This document shows positions 35,888 through 45,542 of a stretch of 64,000 nucleotides of DNA, piece after piece. The notes below the pieces were generated by a model. The model searched no databases. It saw nothing but the letters and a program-made list of their open reading frames with translations, and was not told the origin of the DNA. Position numbers and translations under genes: made by a program. Positions within the stretch are counted from its first letter, which is position 1. Each line of letters starts with the position of its first letter. The DNA comes from an uncultured virus (IMG/VR IMGVR_UViG_3300044641_005651) (taxonomy: Duplodnaviria > Heunggongvirae > Uroviricota > Caudoviricetes), in the IMG/VR virus record IMGVR_UViG_3300044641_005651; one strand, given 5' to 3'.

Positions 35888-37938
35888 AAAAAGTAATCAT
35901 TACTTTACTAACAATCGCAATAGGTATCGGTATAAAGATATACGAGCCTAATATAGTAGAAATTTTAAAACTCAAAGGATTTGATCAGTTATTAACTTTA
36001 AATGATACTAAAACTAGTGAAACAGCCGTAATAATAGAAATTGATGAGCCTACAATAGAGCAACAAGGTCAATGGCCTTGGCCAAGAGATTTAATAGCAG
36101 ATGGTATTAAAAAAGCTGTAGATCATGGAGCTGAGATTGTAGTTCTATATCCGCTTTTTGCAGAAAAAGATAGATTTAATAAAGATGAAATACTTAAAGA
36201 GGTTATAACAAATAGTAAGGTCATAGGAACGCAATCTGCTTCTTTAAAAGGGAAAGGAGATCTAGTAACTAGAGGTTTTGCTATCGTAGGAAATACAGAA
36301 GAACAATGGTTTTATAGGTATCAAAACGGAATAGGTAGTATTTCTGAAATATCTAAAACAGCTCAAGGTATGGGTATGATTACTACAGTCCCAGAACTAG
36401 ATGGAGTAACTAGAAAAATACCTTTAGTGTTAATGGTTGGTGATAAGTTCTATCCTTCTTTACCTTTAGAAATAGCAAGAGTAATACATGGGGCTAAAAA
36501 TTATAGAGCAAAAGTTACTGAGGCGGGATTATCTAGCATATATATCAATAAGAATTTTTCCATAGAACCAGATAAGCGCGGAGAGTTATGGATAGATTGG
36601 TCTTGGACCTGGCCTATTAAAAGTTGGAAAGAGGAATCTTGGGGAGACTTGACAGGTAAAATAGCTATTTTAGCTATAAACGTAGAGGGAATTACTAATA
36701 CTATTGCAACCCCTGCAGGCACTAAACTAGGTCATGAAGTTAGTTTAGCTGCATGGGAAACTCTATGGAACGATAATAAAATAACTAGACCTTATTGGGC
36801 AGATTTAACTGAGCTTTTATTTTTCTGTCTGTTGATAGCAGTCAGTGCTCTCGTTGCTGATAAAGGAAATAAATTACTCGTAGGAGTATGGGGAGTAGTT
36901 ATACTACTAGTTCCATTTAGTATAAGTTACTACGTCTTTAATCAATATCAATATTTAACTGATTGGACATTTAGTTTAGTATTTGGAACACTGTTCTATG
37001 GATATGTCGTGTATTCTAGATTTGTTAAAGAGTTTAAACTAAAGCAACAAATCAAGAAACAATTCCAATCTTATCTTTCAAAGGCTCTTGTGGAAAAACT
37101 CCAGAAGAATCCAGAGCTATTAAAGCTTGGCGGAGATAGCAGAGAGCTGTCAATCATGTTCACAGACGTTCGTGGGTTTACCTCTATCAGCGAACACTAT
37201 GGTGAGAATGTTCAAGGATTAACCCAAATCATGAATCGCTATATGACAGCGATGACTGCAAAAATTCTTGAGAATGAAGGAACGCTTGATAAGTATATTG
37301 GCGATGCACAGATGGCATTTTGGAATGCGCCGCTTGATGACAAGCAGCACGCCAAGAATGCAGTTAAAACAGCTTTAAGTATGTTAGGAGATTTAGATGA
37401 ATTCAACAGAAGTATTGCGGCTGAAGGCGTCCCTCCTTTCGGCATGGGCCTTGGTATCAATACCGGTATGGTTGTTGTTGGAAATATGGGCAGCGATCAA
37501 CGTTTCGATTATACTTGCCTCGGTGATGCTGTCAATCTTGCTAGTCGTCTCGAAGGACAAAGCAAACCGTATGGAGTCAAATTAGTCATTGGTTCAAAGA
37601 CAGCAGAGTATGTTTCAGATGAATATTTTATATTAGAACTGGACACTATTGCGGTAAAAGGTAAAAAACAAGGAGTTAATATCTATACTGTTTTAGGCAC
37701 TAATAAAGAGATAGATGATTTAGGTTTTTCTTATGCAAGAAAAGATCATAACGATATGTTAGATTATTATAGAAATAAAAACTTCACTAGTGCTACCGTA
37801 TTGTGCGAAAGATTAACGAAAGCATTTAAAGGCGATATGAAATCATACTACGAAATGATGATGGATCGTTGTCGTGAGTATACAAAAACCCCGCCACCAG
37901 CTAACTGGGACGGGGTTTACAGAGCTACTAGTAAATAG
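35884..37938 (+). CDS. CHASE2-domain class III adenylate/guanylate cyclase
   Basis: GQWPWPRD and DGVTRKIPL (CHASE2); three TMs; FTDVRGFT, DKYIGDA and GDAVNLASRLEG. Confidence 0.92.
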   Translation: MKKVIITLLTIAIGIGIKIYEPNIVEILKLKGFDQLLTLNDTKTSETAVIIEIDEPTIEQQGQWPWPRDLIADGIKKAVDHGAEIVVLYPLFAEKDRFNKDEILKEVITNSKVIGTQSASLKGKGDLVTRGFAIVGNTEEQWFYRYQNGIGSISEISKTAQGMGMITTVPELDGVTRKIPLVLMVGDKFYPSLPLEIARVIHGAKNYRAKVTEAGLSSIYINKNFSIEPDKRGELWIDWSWTWPIKSWKEESWGDLTGKIAILAINVEGITNTIATPAGTKLGHEVSLAAWETLWNDNKITRPYWADLTELLFFCLLIAVSALVADKGNKLLVGVWGVVILLVPFSISYYVFNQYQYLTDWTFSLVFGTLFYGYVVYSRFVKEFKLKQQIKKQFQSYLSKALVEKLQKNPELLKLGGDSRELSIMFTDVRGFTSISEHYGENVQGLTQIMNRYMTAMTAKILENEGTLDKYIGDAQMAFWNAPLDDKQHAKNAVKTALSMLGDLDEFNRSIAAEGVPPFGMGLGINTGMVVVGNMGSDQRFDYTCLGDAVNLASRLEGQSKPYGVKLVIGSKTAEYVSDEYFILELDTIAVKGKKQGVNIYTVLGTNKEIDDLGFSYARKDHNDMLDYYRNKNFTSATVLCERLTKAFKGDMKSYYEMMMDRCREYTKTPPPANWDGVYRATSK

Positions 37939-37943
37939 TAGAG

Positions 37944-38192
37944 TTATTTTTTCTTTGCAGTTCTAGCTTTTTTAGCTAAATCAGCATCTGCTGTGTAATA
38001 AGTTTTACCTTTGGTAATAAAGCTATTAACTCTAGCATATGCCCATTGCTCTCTTGTAGCACCTGGACGGTGACCTGTTGCCCAAGCAGCAGCACCTCTA
38101 CGATATACCTGCTCTAAAATACTTTTAGGTATTTTAGATTCTTTAGCTTTACCAGCTAAGCCTTTATCTTGTGGTTTATTTTTTAGCGCCAT
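37944..38192 (-). CDS. Small basic protein, DUF5824-like C-terminal part
   Basis: VYRRGAAAWATGHRPGATREQWAYARVNSF; start moved to MALKNK. Confidence 0.65.
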   Translation of the reverse strand: MALKNKPQDKGLAGKAKESKIPKSILEQVYRRGAAAWATGHRPGATREQWAYARVNSFITKGKTYYTADADLAKKARTAKKK

Positions 38193-38418
38193 TTTTCTTA
38201 CCGTAGCGTTTTTGATATGCCAAAGTATATTTACTTGGCTTAGTCTCAACGCCCTCATCTGTTTTAAAAGGTTGATAAGAGTAATTACCAGATCTAGCTT
38301 GCTCTCGTCTAGCAACTACTTCCTTAGCTCTCTCTTTTCTTGACTGACCTTTAAGGGATCCAAGATATCTTTTAATAACTCTTTTACCGTCTACAGTTTC
38401 AGCAGGAACTTTCTTCAT
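38176..38418 (-). CDS. Small basic protein
   Basis: FKTDEGVETKPSKYT motif; Lys/Arg-rich. Confidence 0.6.
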   Translation of the reverse strand: MKKVPAETVDGKRVIKRYLGSLKGQSRKERAKEVVARREQARSGNYSYQPFKTDEGVETKPSKYTLAYQKRYGKKNGAKK

Positions 38419-38584
38419 TTTTTCTTCTTACGACGAACAGGTTTATAAGAACCTGTAAGAGTCTGTGCAGCCATATCTTTATCGTAGGTAGCAATATTAT
38501 ATTTACTGACATTAGTTGTTGGAGTTATTTCGCCTACACCTAAACTTTTGTCTACCGAAGACATACGAGGTTTTTTTGTTTTTT

Positions 38585-38932
38585 TCATTTCTTTCTCGGA
38601 TTACTTAGTTTAGAGCCACCAGATCCGGCCCATAACACTTTTCTAGCCCAATAGTTAGGAGAGAATTTATCGTCTTTAGTTAGTTGTCCGCTCTTATCTC
38701 TAATTCCTGCACTACGAGTTAGATAATTCTTTCTAGCATCTGGGCTGTAGTTATGTCCATAGCCTTTTTGACCAAAATGAACTACTTTAACTTCATCCCC
38801 TTTTTTGGCTAATACCATACGTTTTTTATCTTCTTTAGTAGAAGAACGAGGTTTATTAAACCCAGGAAAGACGGTGCCTCTATATTCTATTTTACCGTCT
38901 CCAAGTCTTTTTACGTCTTTAGATGATGCCAT
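38585..38932 (-). CDS. Basic protein, DUF5754-like
   Basis: KVVHFGQKGY...SPNYWARKVLW. Confidence 0.65.
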   Translation of the reverse strand: MASSKDVKRLGDGKIEYRGTVFPGFNKPRSSTKEDKKRMVLAKKGDEVKVVHFGQKGYGHNYSPDARKNYLTRSAGIRDKSGQLTKDDKFSPNYWARKVLWAGSGGSKLSNPRKK

Positions 38933-39090
38933 TTTATCCTCCGGGGATTTATAGCTATAATAGCTTTTTATTACTAGAATTGTCTACTGTAAAAATATAA
39001 GATACTGTATTGGAACTAACTGATGATGCAGTAGGAAAAGTATTGCTGACATGAGCTAGATTATTTTTTAGTATAGTTTCTATAGAATAT

Positions 39091-39303
39091 TTACCCATTT
39101 CTATAAATTATTCTACCTCTATGTAAGTCGTAAGGACTTACTTCTACCTTCACGCTATCCCCTACAGATATTCTGATATTGTTCTTTCTAATTTTTCCAT
39201 TAACGTAAGCTAGTAAGATATTCCCATTTACTTCTACTTTAAAATTTGCATTAGGTAATGCTTCTAGCACTTTACCGTCTATTTCTATTAATTCTTTAGA
39301 CAT
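39091..39303 (-). CDS. infA: Translation initiation factor IF-1
   Basis: [20 protein letters not shown] and [21 protein letters not shown]. Confidence 0.95.
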   Translation of the reverse strand: MSKELIEIDGKVLEALPNANFKVEVNGNILLAYVNGKIRKNNIRISVGDSVKVEVSPYDLHRGRIIYRNG

Positions 39304-39472
39304 ATTTATTGTATATACTTTTAAAAGTCTCCCATTGTTTTTGGCTGAGCTGTGGATATTTACTTTGATAAACTACAAGACTTTTAATAAATGCTCTTTG
39401 AGGATCAGTTAAAGGTTTTTGTAGTAATTCTTCTTGTTGTTGTTTAGATATTCTACGAGTTTTCATTAGTCT

Positions 39473-40147
39473 TTATAAACTAACCTGTAATTTTTCGTAT
39501 TGATTAATTCTATATTTTAACTCAGGGATGAAAGGTAAAGTTTGTGATTCAAATACTTGAACATCTGCGTTTTCCACAGTAATTAAAACAACTATTTTTT
39601 GTAAGTTTGTTTTAAAAATTTCATTGTGAGCGTAAGCATATGCTGTGCACTGTATAAAATAATCTTTAATATCTTTTATCTGTTTTTTCTTTTTAGATGT
39701 TTTAAAGTCTATTACTGCCGGAATTTTATTCCACTCTCCAAACATATCAACTCGTCCAGCATATCTCAAATGCTTAGACCAAACAGGTATTTCTTGTGCC
39801 CAAACATTAGTTACGCCTTTTTGTGTAGCCTGTATGAGATTAGTAATCATTTTCTGAGTAGTAATTTCTTCATTTAAAATATCAGTTGCCCAAGAGTTAG
39901 ATCCATCCCAATATCTTTCTAGATATTTGTGCACTATCTCTCCACGATCCGTAGCAGCTTTAGATACACGCGCTGCCTCTTCTTCTCCTACTTTATCTTT
40001 CCAGCGTTGCAACCAGATATTATTAGCCGTTTTTCCTAAAATAGTAGTGACGCTAGGAAAACTACCATCAGGTGTTTTATATAGCCTGCCTTTTTCGGTA
40101 GTTTCTGCTGTTACCTCTTTGCATACGGAATAATCAAAATTTGTCAA
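39473..40147 (-). CDS. PD-(D/E)XK exonuclease (Cas4-like phage exonuclease)
   Basis: PSVTTIL, RGEIVH, YAGRVD, IDFKTS and QCTAYA; probable TTG start. Confidence 0.85.
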   Translation of the reverse strand: MTNFDYSVCKEVTAETTEKGRLYKTPDGSFPSVTTILGKTANNIWLQRWKDKVGEEEAARVSKAATDRGEIVHKYLERYWDGSNSWATDILNEEITTQKMITNLIQATQKGVTNVWAQEIPVWSKHLRYAGRVDMFGEWNKIPAVIDFKTSKKKKQIKDIKDYFIQCTAYAYAHNEIFKTNLQKIVVLITVENADVQVFESQTLPFIPELKYRINQYEKLQVSL

Positions 40148-40733
40148 TTTGGTTACCAAACACGTCCCATCCAGGTCTTTGCGTTCTTGCAAACATTTCC
40201 AGATATGGGCCATCAAATAGTCTTTCTATTCTGTCATAGGCTTCGTCAGGTTTTCTACTATGCTCACGTTGTTGAGATATGATTACTTGTCTAACACCTT
40301 TATCTTTACGCTCTAAAGTTTTACCTCGTCTACCGAGTAGACATAGCTCTGCGTTAGCTCTAGTGTAATATCCTAGATTCATGCGTATATCTTTATCTAC
40401 ATCTAAGGCTTTAAGATTGGCTGTTTTATTAGTTTTTACCCAAGTAAATGCACAGGTTTTATATTCAAATCCCCACGCTTTCATTACTTCGAAACTTTTG
40501 TCCAAGATAGGAAAAGTTACCCACATAAATAAGATTGAGTTAGGAGCCGCAATCTTCTTAATCGGTAAATTTTTAATATCTTCCAAAGTCATAACCTTAT
40601 AATCTGGACTTCTATCTCCACCAGCTTCTGAGTAGGTTTCAAATGTCCAAGGTGGATCGGCGTAAATAACCGAATACCGTTTATCTGTATTAAATATGTC
40701 TATATTCACTATTACCTCAAAGACATTAACCAT
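40134..40733 (-). CDS. MT-A70 family N6-adenine methyltransferase
   Basis: YADPPW, WGFEYKT, HSRKP and LEMFAR. Confidence 0.9.
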   Translation of the reverse strand: MVNVFEVIVNIDIFNTDKRYSVIYADPPWTFETYSEAGGDRSPDYKVMTLEDIKNLPIKKIAAPNSILFMWVTFPILDKSFEVMKAWGFEYKTCAFTWVKTNKTANLKALDVDKDIRMNLGYYTRANAELCLLGRRGKTLERKDKGVRQVIISQQREHSRKPDEAYDRIERLFDGPYLEMFARTQRPGWDVFGNQIDKF

Positions 40734-40766
40734 AGGACTATAAATCCCATGGCTAATATTATTATA

Positions 40767-41036
40767 CTAATCATCTTCATCTACCATCTCACTACCAGAT
40801 AGCATCATATGTTTCACTGATTCAATGCCACCTATAGCCAAGATAATATCAAATTCTCCTGCTATTATGGAAAATATTTTATTATCAGATCCCATACCCA
40901 CAGCAACTATACCGGATAATTTACCTTGGTCTATAAGGTTATGTATCTCGCCTACAATTTTTAGCATCATTTCTTTGGGAGATGTGGTTCCGTCTTTTTT
41001 ACTTTTTAGGTCTTGAAAATTAATAATATTATCCAT
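40767..41036 (-). CDS. Hypothetical protein
   Basis: ORF overlapping the end of rnhA. Confidence 0.6.
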   Translation of the reverse strand: MDNIINFQDLKSKKDGTTSPKEMMLKIVGEIHNLIDQGKLSGIVAVGMGSDNKIFSIIAGEFDIILAIGGIESVKHMMLSGSEMVDEDD

Positions 41037-41469
41037 TATAACAACACTCGCTTGCTAAAGTATCTACTTCTTCATTTTCTGGTATGCCAGAATGGGCAGG
41101 AACCCATTTCCATTCTATAGATATATGAGAAGATAGAAGATCTAGCTCTTTCCAAAGGTCTTGATTTTTTACAGGCTTACGGTTAGCAGTTTTCCAACCA
41201 TTCTTTTTCCAAGAGTGAATCCACTCTGTTATACCCTTTTTAAGGTATTGGCTATCAGTATTAACCTCTATAGTATCTATTTCGAGTGTTACGTTTTTAA
41301 TACCTTCTATAGCTGCTCGTAGTTCCATCCTATTATTTGTAGTATTAGACTCGCGACCTATTACTATCTTAGGATCTTTATCCAAGTAGTAAATTTTAGC
41401 CGCAAACCCTCCAGGACCGGGGTTACCTTTACAGGCTCCGTCACAAAATATTATAGCTCTATTAGTCAT
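41029..41469 (-). CDS. rnhA: Ribonuclease HI
   Basis: DGACKGNPGPGG, TTNNRMEL, TDSQY and WVPAHSG. Confidence 0.95.
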   Translation of the reverse strand: MTNRAIIFCDGACKGNPGPGGFAAKIYYLDKDPKIVIGRESNTTNNRMELRAAIEGIKNVTLEIDTIEVNTDSQYLKKGITEWIHSWKKNGWKTANRKPVKNQDLWKELDLLSSHISIEWKWVPAHSGIPENEEVDTLASECCYNG

Positions 41470-41556
41470 CAAAGATACTCCAAACGGCGTGAGATACTGC
41501 AGCAAAAAGCCCAATTAAGAATGCTAAAAAAGCAATAGAGAAAATTAATCCTAATA

Positions 41557-42120
41557 CTAGTTCCATGCTATTTTAATCTCGGCTTTCCATGCAGGTAGAT
41601 AATCAACCCAGGAAGGGTGATATACAGTAACAGGAAATAATTTTCTTAGCTCTATCAACTGTTCGTGAGTAGGATGCCAAGGTTTTGTATTTGGTTTCCA
41701 CTTACCTACAGGCAGATGATCTGATTTAAGATAGTTACAAGTTGGACACGCTGCAACTACATTTAGCCAATCGTCTTTGCCGCCTTTTGACAGAGGCATA
41801 ACGTGGTCTCTAGTAACAGTTTCCATTGAAAGTTTAGTATTGCAGTAAGCACAATGACCCCGGTCTCTATAAAGCAAAGAGCTTTTAGTTAGCACAGGTT
41901 TTTGCGTCCTTTTAACATATTCTTTGCGAATAATTATAGAAGGCCAATTTAACTTGATGTTTGGATTTGGAGTCTTAATAGGAGTGCCATAATCAGATAC
42001 TACCGAACAGGTATCGGCAAAAAGTCTTATAACCGCCTGTTTAGCACTAATTACGTGAAGTGGTAGTACACTTATAGGAGTGTAGTCCGCATTAAGAACT
42101 AATGTTTTGAATTCTGTCAT
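41557..42120 (-). CDS. HNH endonuclease (McrA-like)
   Basis: LVLNADY, RDRGHCAYC, DHVMPLSKGG and CPTCN. Confidence 0.9.
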   Translation of the reverse strand: MTEFKTLVLNADYTPISVLPLHVISAKQAVIRLFADTCSVVSDYGTPIKTPNPNIKLNWPSIIIRKEYVKRTQKPVLTKSSLLYRDRGHCAYCNTKLSMETVTRDHVMPLSKGGKDDWLNVVAACPTCNYLKSDHLPVGKWKPNTKPWHPTHEQLIELRKLFPVTVYHPSWVDYLPAWKAEIKIAWN

Positions 42121-42233
42121 TTTTTCTATCTTATACTATTTTAGAGTATGGGTCAAATAAAAACAGAGGGAGATTACTCTCCCTCTGTCGTTAACCGAGC
42201 CAGTCCAGCTCTTCTTCTGTGTATGGCCACATT

Positions 42234-42626
42234 TTACTTAATTGGAAGCTTGGTTACTTTCTCTGGATTACGAGAGAAGGTAATCTTTAGCATACCATCC
42301 TTAAGCGTGACTTCATCAACTAGAAATACTGGTGAAATTGGGAATACTGTCTTAAAGGCCTTTTTAGTTAGCCCCTGATGGACCCAACGTAGGGAATTTT
42401 CTGGATAAGCTGAAGAAGGCTGAGCTTCTACAGTTAGCCTACCGTCTACGTATTCAACTGATAGGTCATCTTTGTTATATCCAGCAACTGCCATCTCTAA
42501 GATGTAGTTACCAGTCTTATCTTCCTTATATAGATTATAAGGTAAGAAGGTTTTGGCCGAAGCTAGGTAGTCAAGCTGACCAAAAAGTGCGTCTTCAATT
42601 TGACGAATAATATCAAGTGTAGTCAT
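42234..42626 (-). CDS. Small heat-shock protein, Hsp20/IbpA family
   Basis: PYNL, EMAVAGY and LKDGMLKI. Confidence 0.9.
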   Translation of the reverse strand: MTTLDIIRQIEDALFGQLDYLASAKTFLPYNLYKEDKTGNYILEMAVAGYNKDDLSVEYVDGRLTVEAQPSSAYPENSLRWVHQGLTKKAFKTVFPISPVFLVDEVTLKDGMLKITFSRNPEKVTKLPIK

Positions 42627-42682
42627 GTTTTTTTATCTCCTTAAAAGCAAGATTTTATACGTCCCAAATGGCAACGTATAGA
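42627..42682 (-). promoter_or_regulatory. ROSE-like RNA thermometer
   Basis: AUCUUGCU pairs with AGGAGAU (SD) leaving a bulged G; upstream hairpin tatacgt/acgtata. Confidence 0.6.
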
Positions 42683-42722
42683 TATATGTTAAGCTATCTT
42701 ATGGGTAACTAGCAAATAAAAA

Positions 42723-42995
42723 TTATTCGCAAAGTTCTACAAGAGACAAGATAGCTTCGTTTTTCTCTTCTAGCTCATCTTTGTTACGCTTAAATACCGC
42801 AACAGCAGTTGCACGAGTAAGACCTGACGCAAGTCCATACTCTGTCTTGAGATACGACTGTATATCTTTGATTACATCTCTAGATGATTCAATGAGCACT
42901 AGCTGATCTACTATCTGGTTAATCTTAACCTTAAAGTCTTGTGGATCAAGGGCCTTAGGTTCTGGCTTCTTTTTCTTTTCTGTATTCTCAGTCAT
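42723..42995 (-). CDS. Small helical protein, possibly DNA-binding
   Basis: ORF; weak resemblance to T4 DsbA-like proteins. Confidence 0.45.
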   Translation of the reverse strand: MTENTEKKKKPEPKALDPQDFKVKINQIVDQLVLIESSRDVIKDIQSYLKTEYGLASGLTRATAVAVFKRNKDELEEKNEAILSLVELCE

Positions 42996-43338
42996 TTTTT
43001 ATAATTTTAAATCCTTTTCTTGTTTCTTTAGGCGGACGTCTGATTACTCGCTCCGCTTCTAGCTTGGTTAGGATAGTATTAAATACTATCTTAGCATTTT
43101 GTAAAGGCTCAACATCTCTAACGTCGTGTAAGGCCTTTATGACCATATGTTGAGCTGTAGTGATATTTGCACTACCAATTTTACTTAGCCCATCTTCTCT
43201 TGGAGAAACTAGTTCCCAAGTAAAACACTCATAGATAGCTTGCCCGTCGTTTTCAATTACATCAACAGGTTCTGATATCAGAAGCTCTTTGACAAGAGGT
43301 AGTAGCTTATCTATTATTGTTGAATGGCTGGAGACCAC
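42988..43338 (-). CDS. Hypothetical protein (start uncertain)
   Basis: ORF fills the gap between Fpg and the next gene. Confidence 0.5.
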   Translation of the reverse strand: MVSSHSTIIDKLLPLVKELLISEPVDVIENDGQAIYECFTWELVSPREDGLSKIGSANITTAQHMVIKALHDVRDVEPLQNAKIVFNTILTKLEAERVIRRPPKETRKGFKIIKND

Positions 43339-44147
43339 CAGGTTGTTCTTCCATCATCCAGATTGATTTTTTCTACTGGATTTCCGTATGGGTCTTGTTT
43401 TTGGCTATAGACCATAACTCCTAGTCTAGCTTTCATCATCTCATCTGGCTTACTAGGAAATTGGATGTATGTGCCATGATTAGCGTATAGATCGCTATAG
43501 TTTCGTATGGTAGCGCCGCCCATCTCATAACTATTTCTGAGCACTTGTTTGACACTGTGATACAATCTTGAAAGTTCATCTTCGTTACAGTCCTTTACTT
43601 TTTTAGATGGATTAAGTTTTGCTAAAAATAGGCTTTCGCTTTTATAGATATTACCTACTCCGGCAATGGCTTTTTGTTCCATTAGGAAGCTAACTAATGT
43701 CTTAGCTTGATTTCTTTTACATATTTCTAGCCATATAGATAAACTAGGAGGATTATTTAACATATCTGGCCCTAGTTCTTGTAACTTCTTATTCAGTTCT
43801 TTTTCTGAAAAGATTATTTTGAGAGTACCAAAATTACGCATATCGCAATAGAATACGCTAGTACCATCACTGAAATTGAATCTAACTCGAGCATATTTAT
43901 TTGGCTCCGTTTTATAGCTACCAGTCATGCCTAAAGTAGAAAATATCCAGCTAGATTCTAGTGTCCACCAGATAAATTTACCGTGACATTGAACTGATTT
44001 AACCTGCTCAGATTTAAACTTATCTAAACCTACAATAGGAGATTTAGTGTATCTACCTGATACAGGGCTAATTATTTCTAAAGTTTTTCTTTGAACTACA
44101 GAATTAAGTTGTGTAGTTACATGAAGTACTTCAGGACCTTCTGGCAC
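43314..44147 (-). CDS. Fpg/Nei family DNA glycosylase
   Basis: N-terminal PEGPEV; HGKF, LGMTG, DMRNFG and GVGNIYKSE. Confidence 0.92.
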   Translation of the reverse strand: MPEGPEVLHVTTQLNSVVQRKTLEIISPVSGRYTKSPIVGLDKFKSEQVKSVQCHGKFIWWTLESSWIFSTLGMTGSYKTEPNKYARVRFNFSDGTSVFYCDMRNFGTLKIIFSEKELNKKLQELGPDMLNNPPSLSIWLEICKRNQAKTLVSFLMEQKAIAGVGNIYKSESLFLAKLNPSKKVKDCNEDELSRLYHSVKQVLRNSYEMGGATIRNYSDLYANHGTYIQFPSKPDEMMKARLGVMVYSQKQDPYGNPVEKINLDDGRTTWWSPAIQQ

Positions 44148-44424
44148 TTTTTTTACCTTTCTTTTTATTTAAAAGATCTACTTTATGTTTAGCGTAATCT
44201 AATTCGCTTAGAGTTTGACAGATTGCATTAACTGTCTTTAAAAACTCTATGTAGTTAATACCAGAATCCTGATGAAAAGCTATAGTCATAAAATGAGTTT
44301 GAGTATAGTAATCTTTTCTTTTATAGAAATGAACAAATCCATTGTCATCTCTAATCCAAGTATATCTACTATCTACGTGTTTTACATCAGAAGCAATCTT
44401 ATCGAAGTTATAAGGCTCAGTCAT
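44131..44424 (-). CDS. Hypothetical protein
   Basis: ORF in operon. Confidence 0.55.
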   Translation of the reverse strand: MTEPYNFDKIASDVKHVDSRYTWIRDDNGFVHFYKRKDYYTQTHFMTIAFHQDSGINYIEFLKTVNAICQTLSELDYAKHKVDLLNKKKGKKSARRS

Positions 44425-44472
44425 TTTTTTCTACTGAGTAATTTATAGCTGAAAATTAACCATTTTACCAGT

Positions 44473-44793
44473 TCAATTTACTGGATTCTGGAGCGCAAGA
44501 TATTCACTAAGAGACAATTCAAAATTAAGAGGCTGCGGTCTAGTTGGTACTACATCTACACCCCAGAAATCTTCTTGATACTCTTTGTTGTAATAATAGC
44601 TACTTTCAATAGAATTAAGTGTATCGCAAGCGCGTTTAACTGCTCTATTATAATTTGCTACATCAATAGGATTAACAGCCCTTGAACGAGCGCTATCAAA
44701 CCATTTCATAGCCTCATTAGGATTCCAACGGCACATATTAGCTGCATCATTAACTAGACGAGCAAATGGCATATCAAGTCCGATAATTCTCAT
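44473..44793 (-). CDS. Hypothetical protein
   Basis: ORF coupled by TAATG. Confidence 0.6.
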   Translation of the reverse strand: MRIIGLDMPFARLVNDAANMCRWNPNEAMKWFDSARSRAVNPIDVANYNRAVKRACDTLNSIESSYYYNKEYQEDFWGVDVVPTRPQPLNFELSLSEYLALQNPVN

Positions 44794-44993
44794 TATTTAG
44801 TTTCCTTCATTTTCTTTAAGAGTTTTTGTTCTTTTTTCTTTAGATAGTCCATATATACCCTTTTAATAAACAGGGCTCCAACAAACTCTCCAGACTGTTG
44901 TTTAATAAGTTCATACTCATCTAATACTTGAGTTTGACCGTGAACATCGGCCATAGTTTTAAAAAATTGTTTACCTTCTGTATAATAGCTCAT
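44793..44993 (-). CDS. Hypothetical protein
   Basis: First gene of the leftward arm. Confidence 0.55.
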   Translation of the reverse strand: MSYYTEGKQFFKTMADVHGQTQVLDEYELIKQQSGEFVGALFIKRVYMDYLKKKEQKLLKKMKETK

Positions 44994-44999
44994 TCTATT

Positions 45000-45096
45000 A
45001 TTATAGAGTGTTTTTTAGTCTTTAGCAATAAAAAAATAAGAGATAATGGTCAAATAAAGAAATTATTTGACATTTTAAACTATTATGTTATAGTAA
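45000..45096. promoter_or_regulatory. Divergent sigma70-like promoters at the strand switch
   Basis: Minus strand TTGCTA-N17-TATAAT; plus strand TTGACA-N-TATAGT. Confidence 0.65.
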
Positions 45097-45100
45097 TTTA

Positions 45101-45274
45101 ATGTATGCAACCCCTCAGGAACTAAAAGCCCAGGTTAGGGATCTTAGGTCAGAAATCATAGCCGTATCTAAAGAGTTAGGCGGAGAGATTCAATACTTAA
45201 ATCATCGTATTAATGAACTCCATTCTATAATAGAAGCCCAGGCGGAGGCAATTAGGAAATTGAATAATGTATAA
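45101..45274 (+). CDS. Small coiled-coil protein, 57 aa, not in the ORF track
   Basis: MYATPQELKAQVRDLRSEII... directly after the promoter. Confidence 0.5.
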   Translation: MYATPQELKAQVRDLRSEIIAVSKELGGEIQYLNHRINELHSIIEAQAEAIRKLNNV

Positions 45275-45542
45275 TAAGTTGTACGGATTCTATCACAACG
45301 ATACTCTTTTAGAGTATTTGAATGCTAGATTCAGCGAGTTATCTGCTGTTACAAAAAATCTTGAGTATATTACCTTAGATGAAACATCTGATAAAGCTCA
45401 ACTATGGGGTGTTAACGTATTTCCTACGATAATACTTAGTAAGCATGATCTTATGGGACCAATTTTACAAGGCGCATACCCAGGACATACATTATTACAG
45501 TGGTTGCAAAAGTATAACGTAGAAGTGAGTAAAGATAATTAA
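45267..45542 (+). CDS. Thioredoxin-fold-like protein lacking CxxC
   Basis: WGVNVFPTIIL resembles the thioredoxin cis-Pro loop. Confidence 0.4.
   Translation: MYNKLYGFYHNDTLLEYLNARFSELSAVTKNLEYITLDETSDKAQLWGVNVFPTIILSKHDLMGPILQGAYPGHTLLQWLQKYNVEVSKDN

Noticed and set aside
41557..42120. HNH gene as a mobile homing endonuclease or intron
   Set aside because: It is a free-standing McrA-like HNH with no interrupted gene or intron structure around it.
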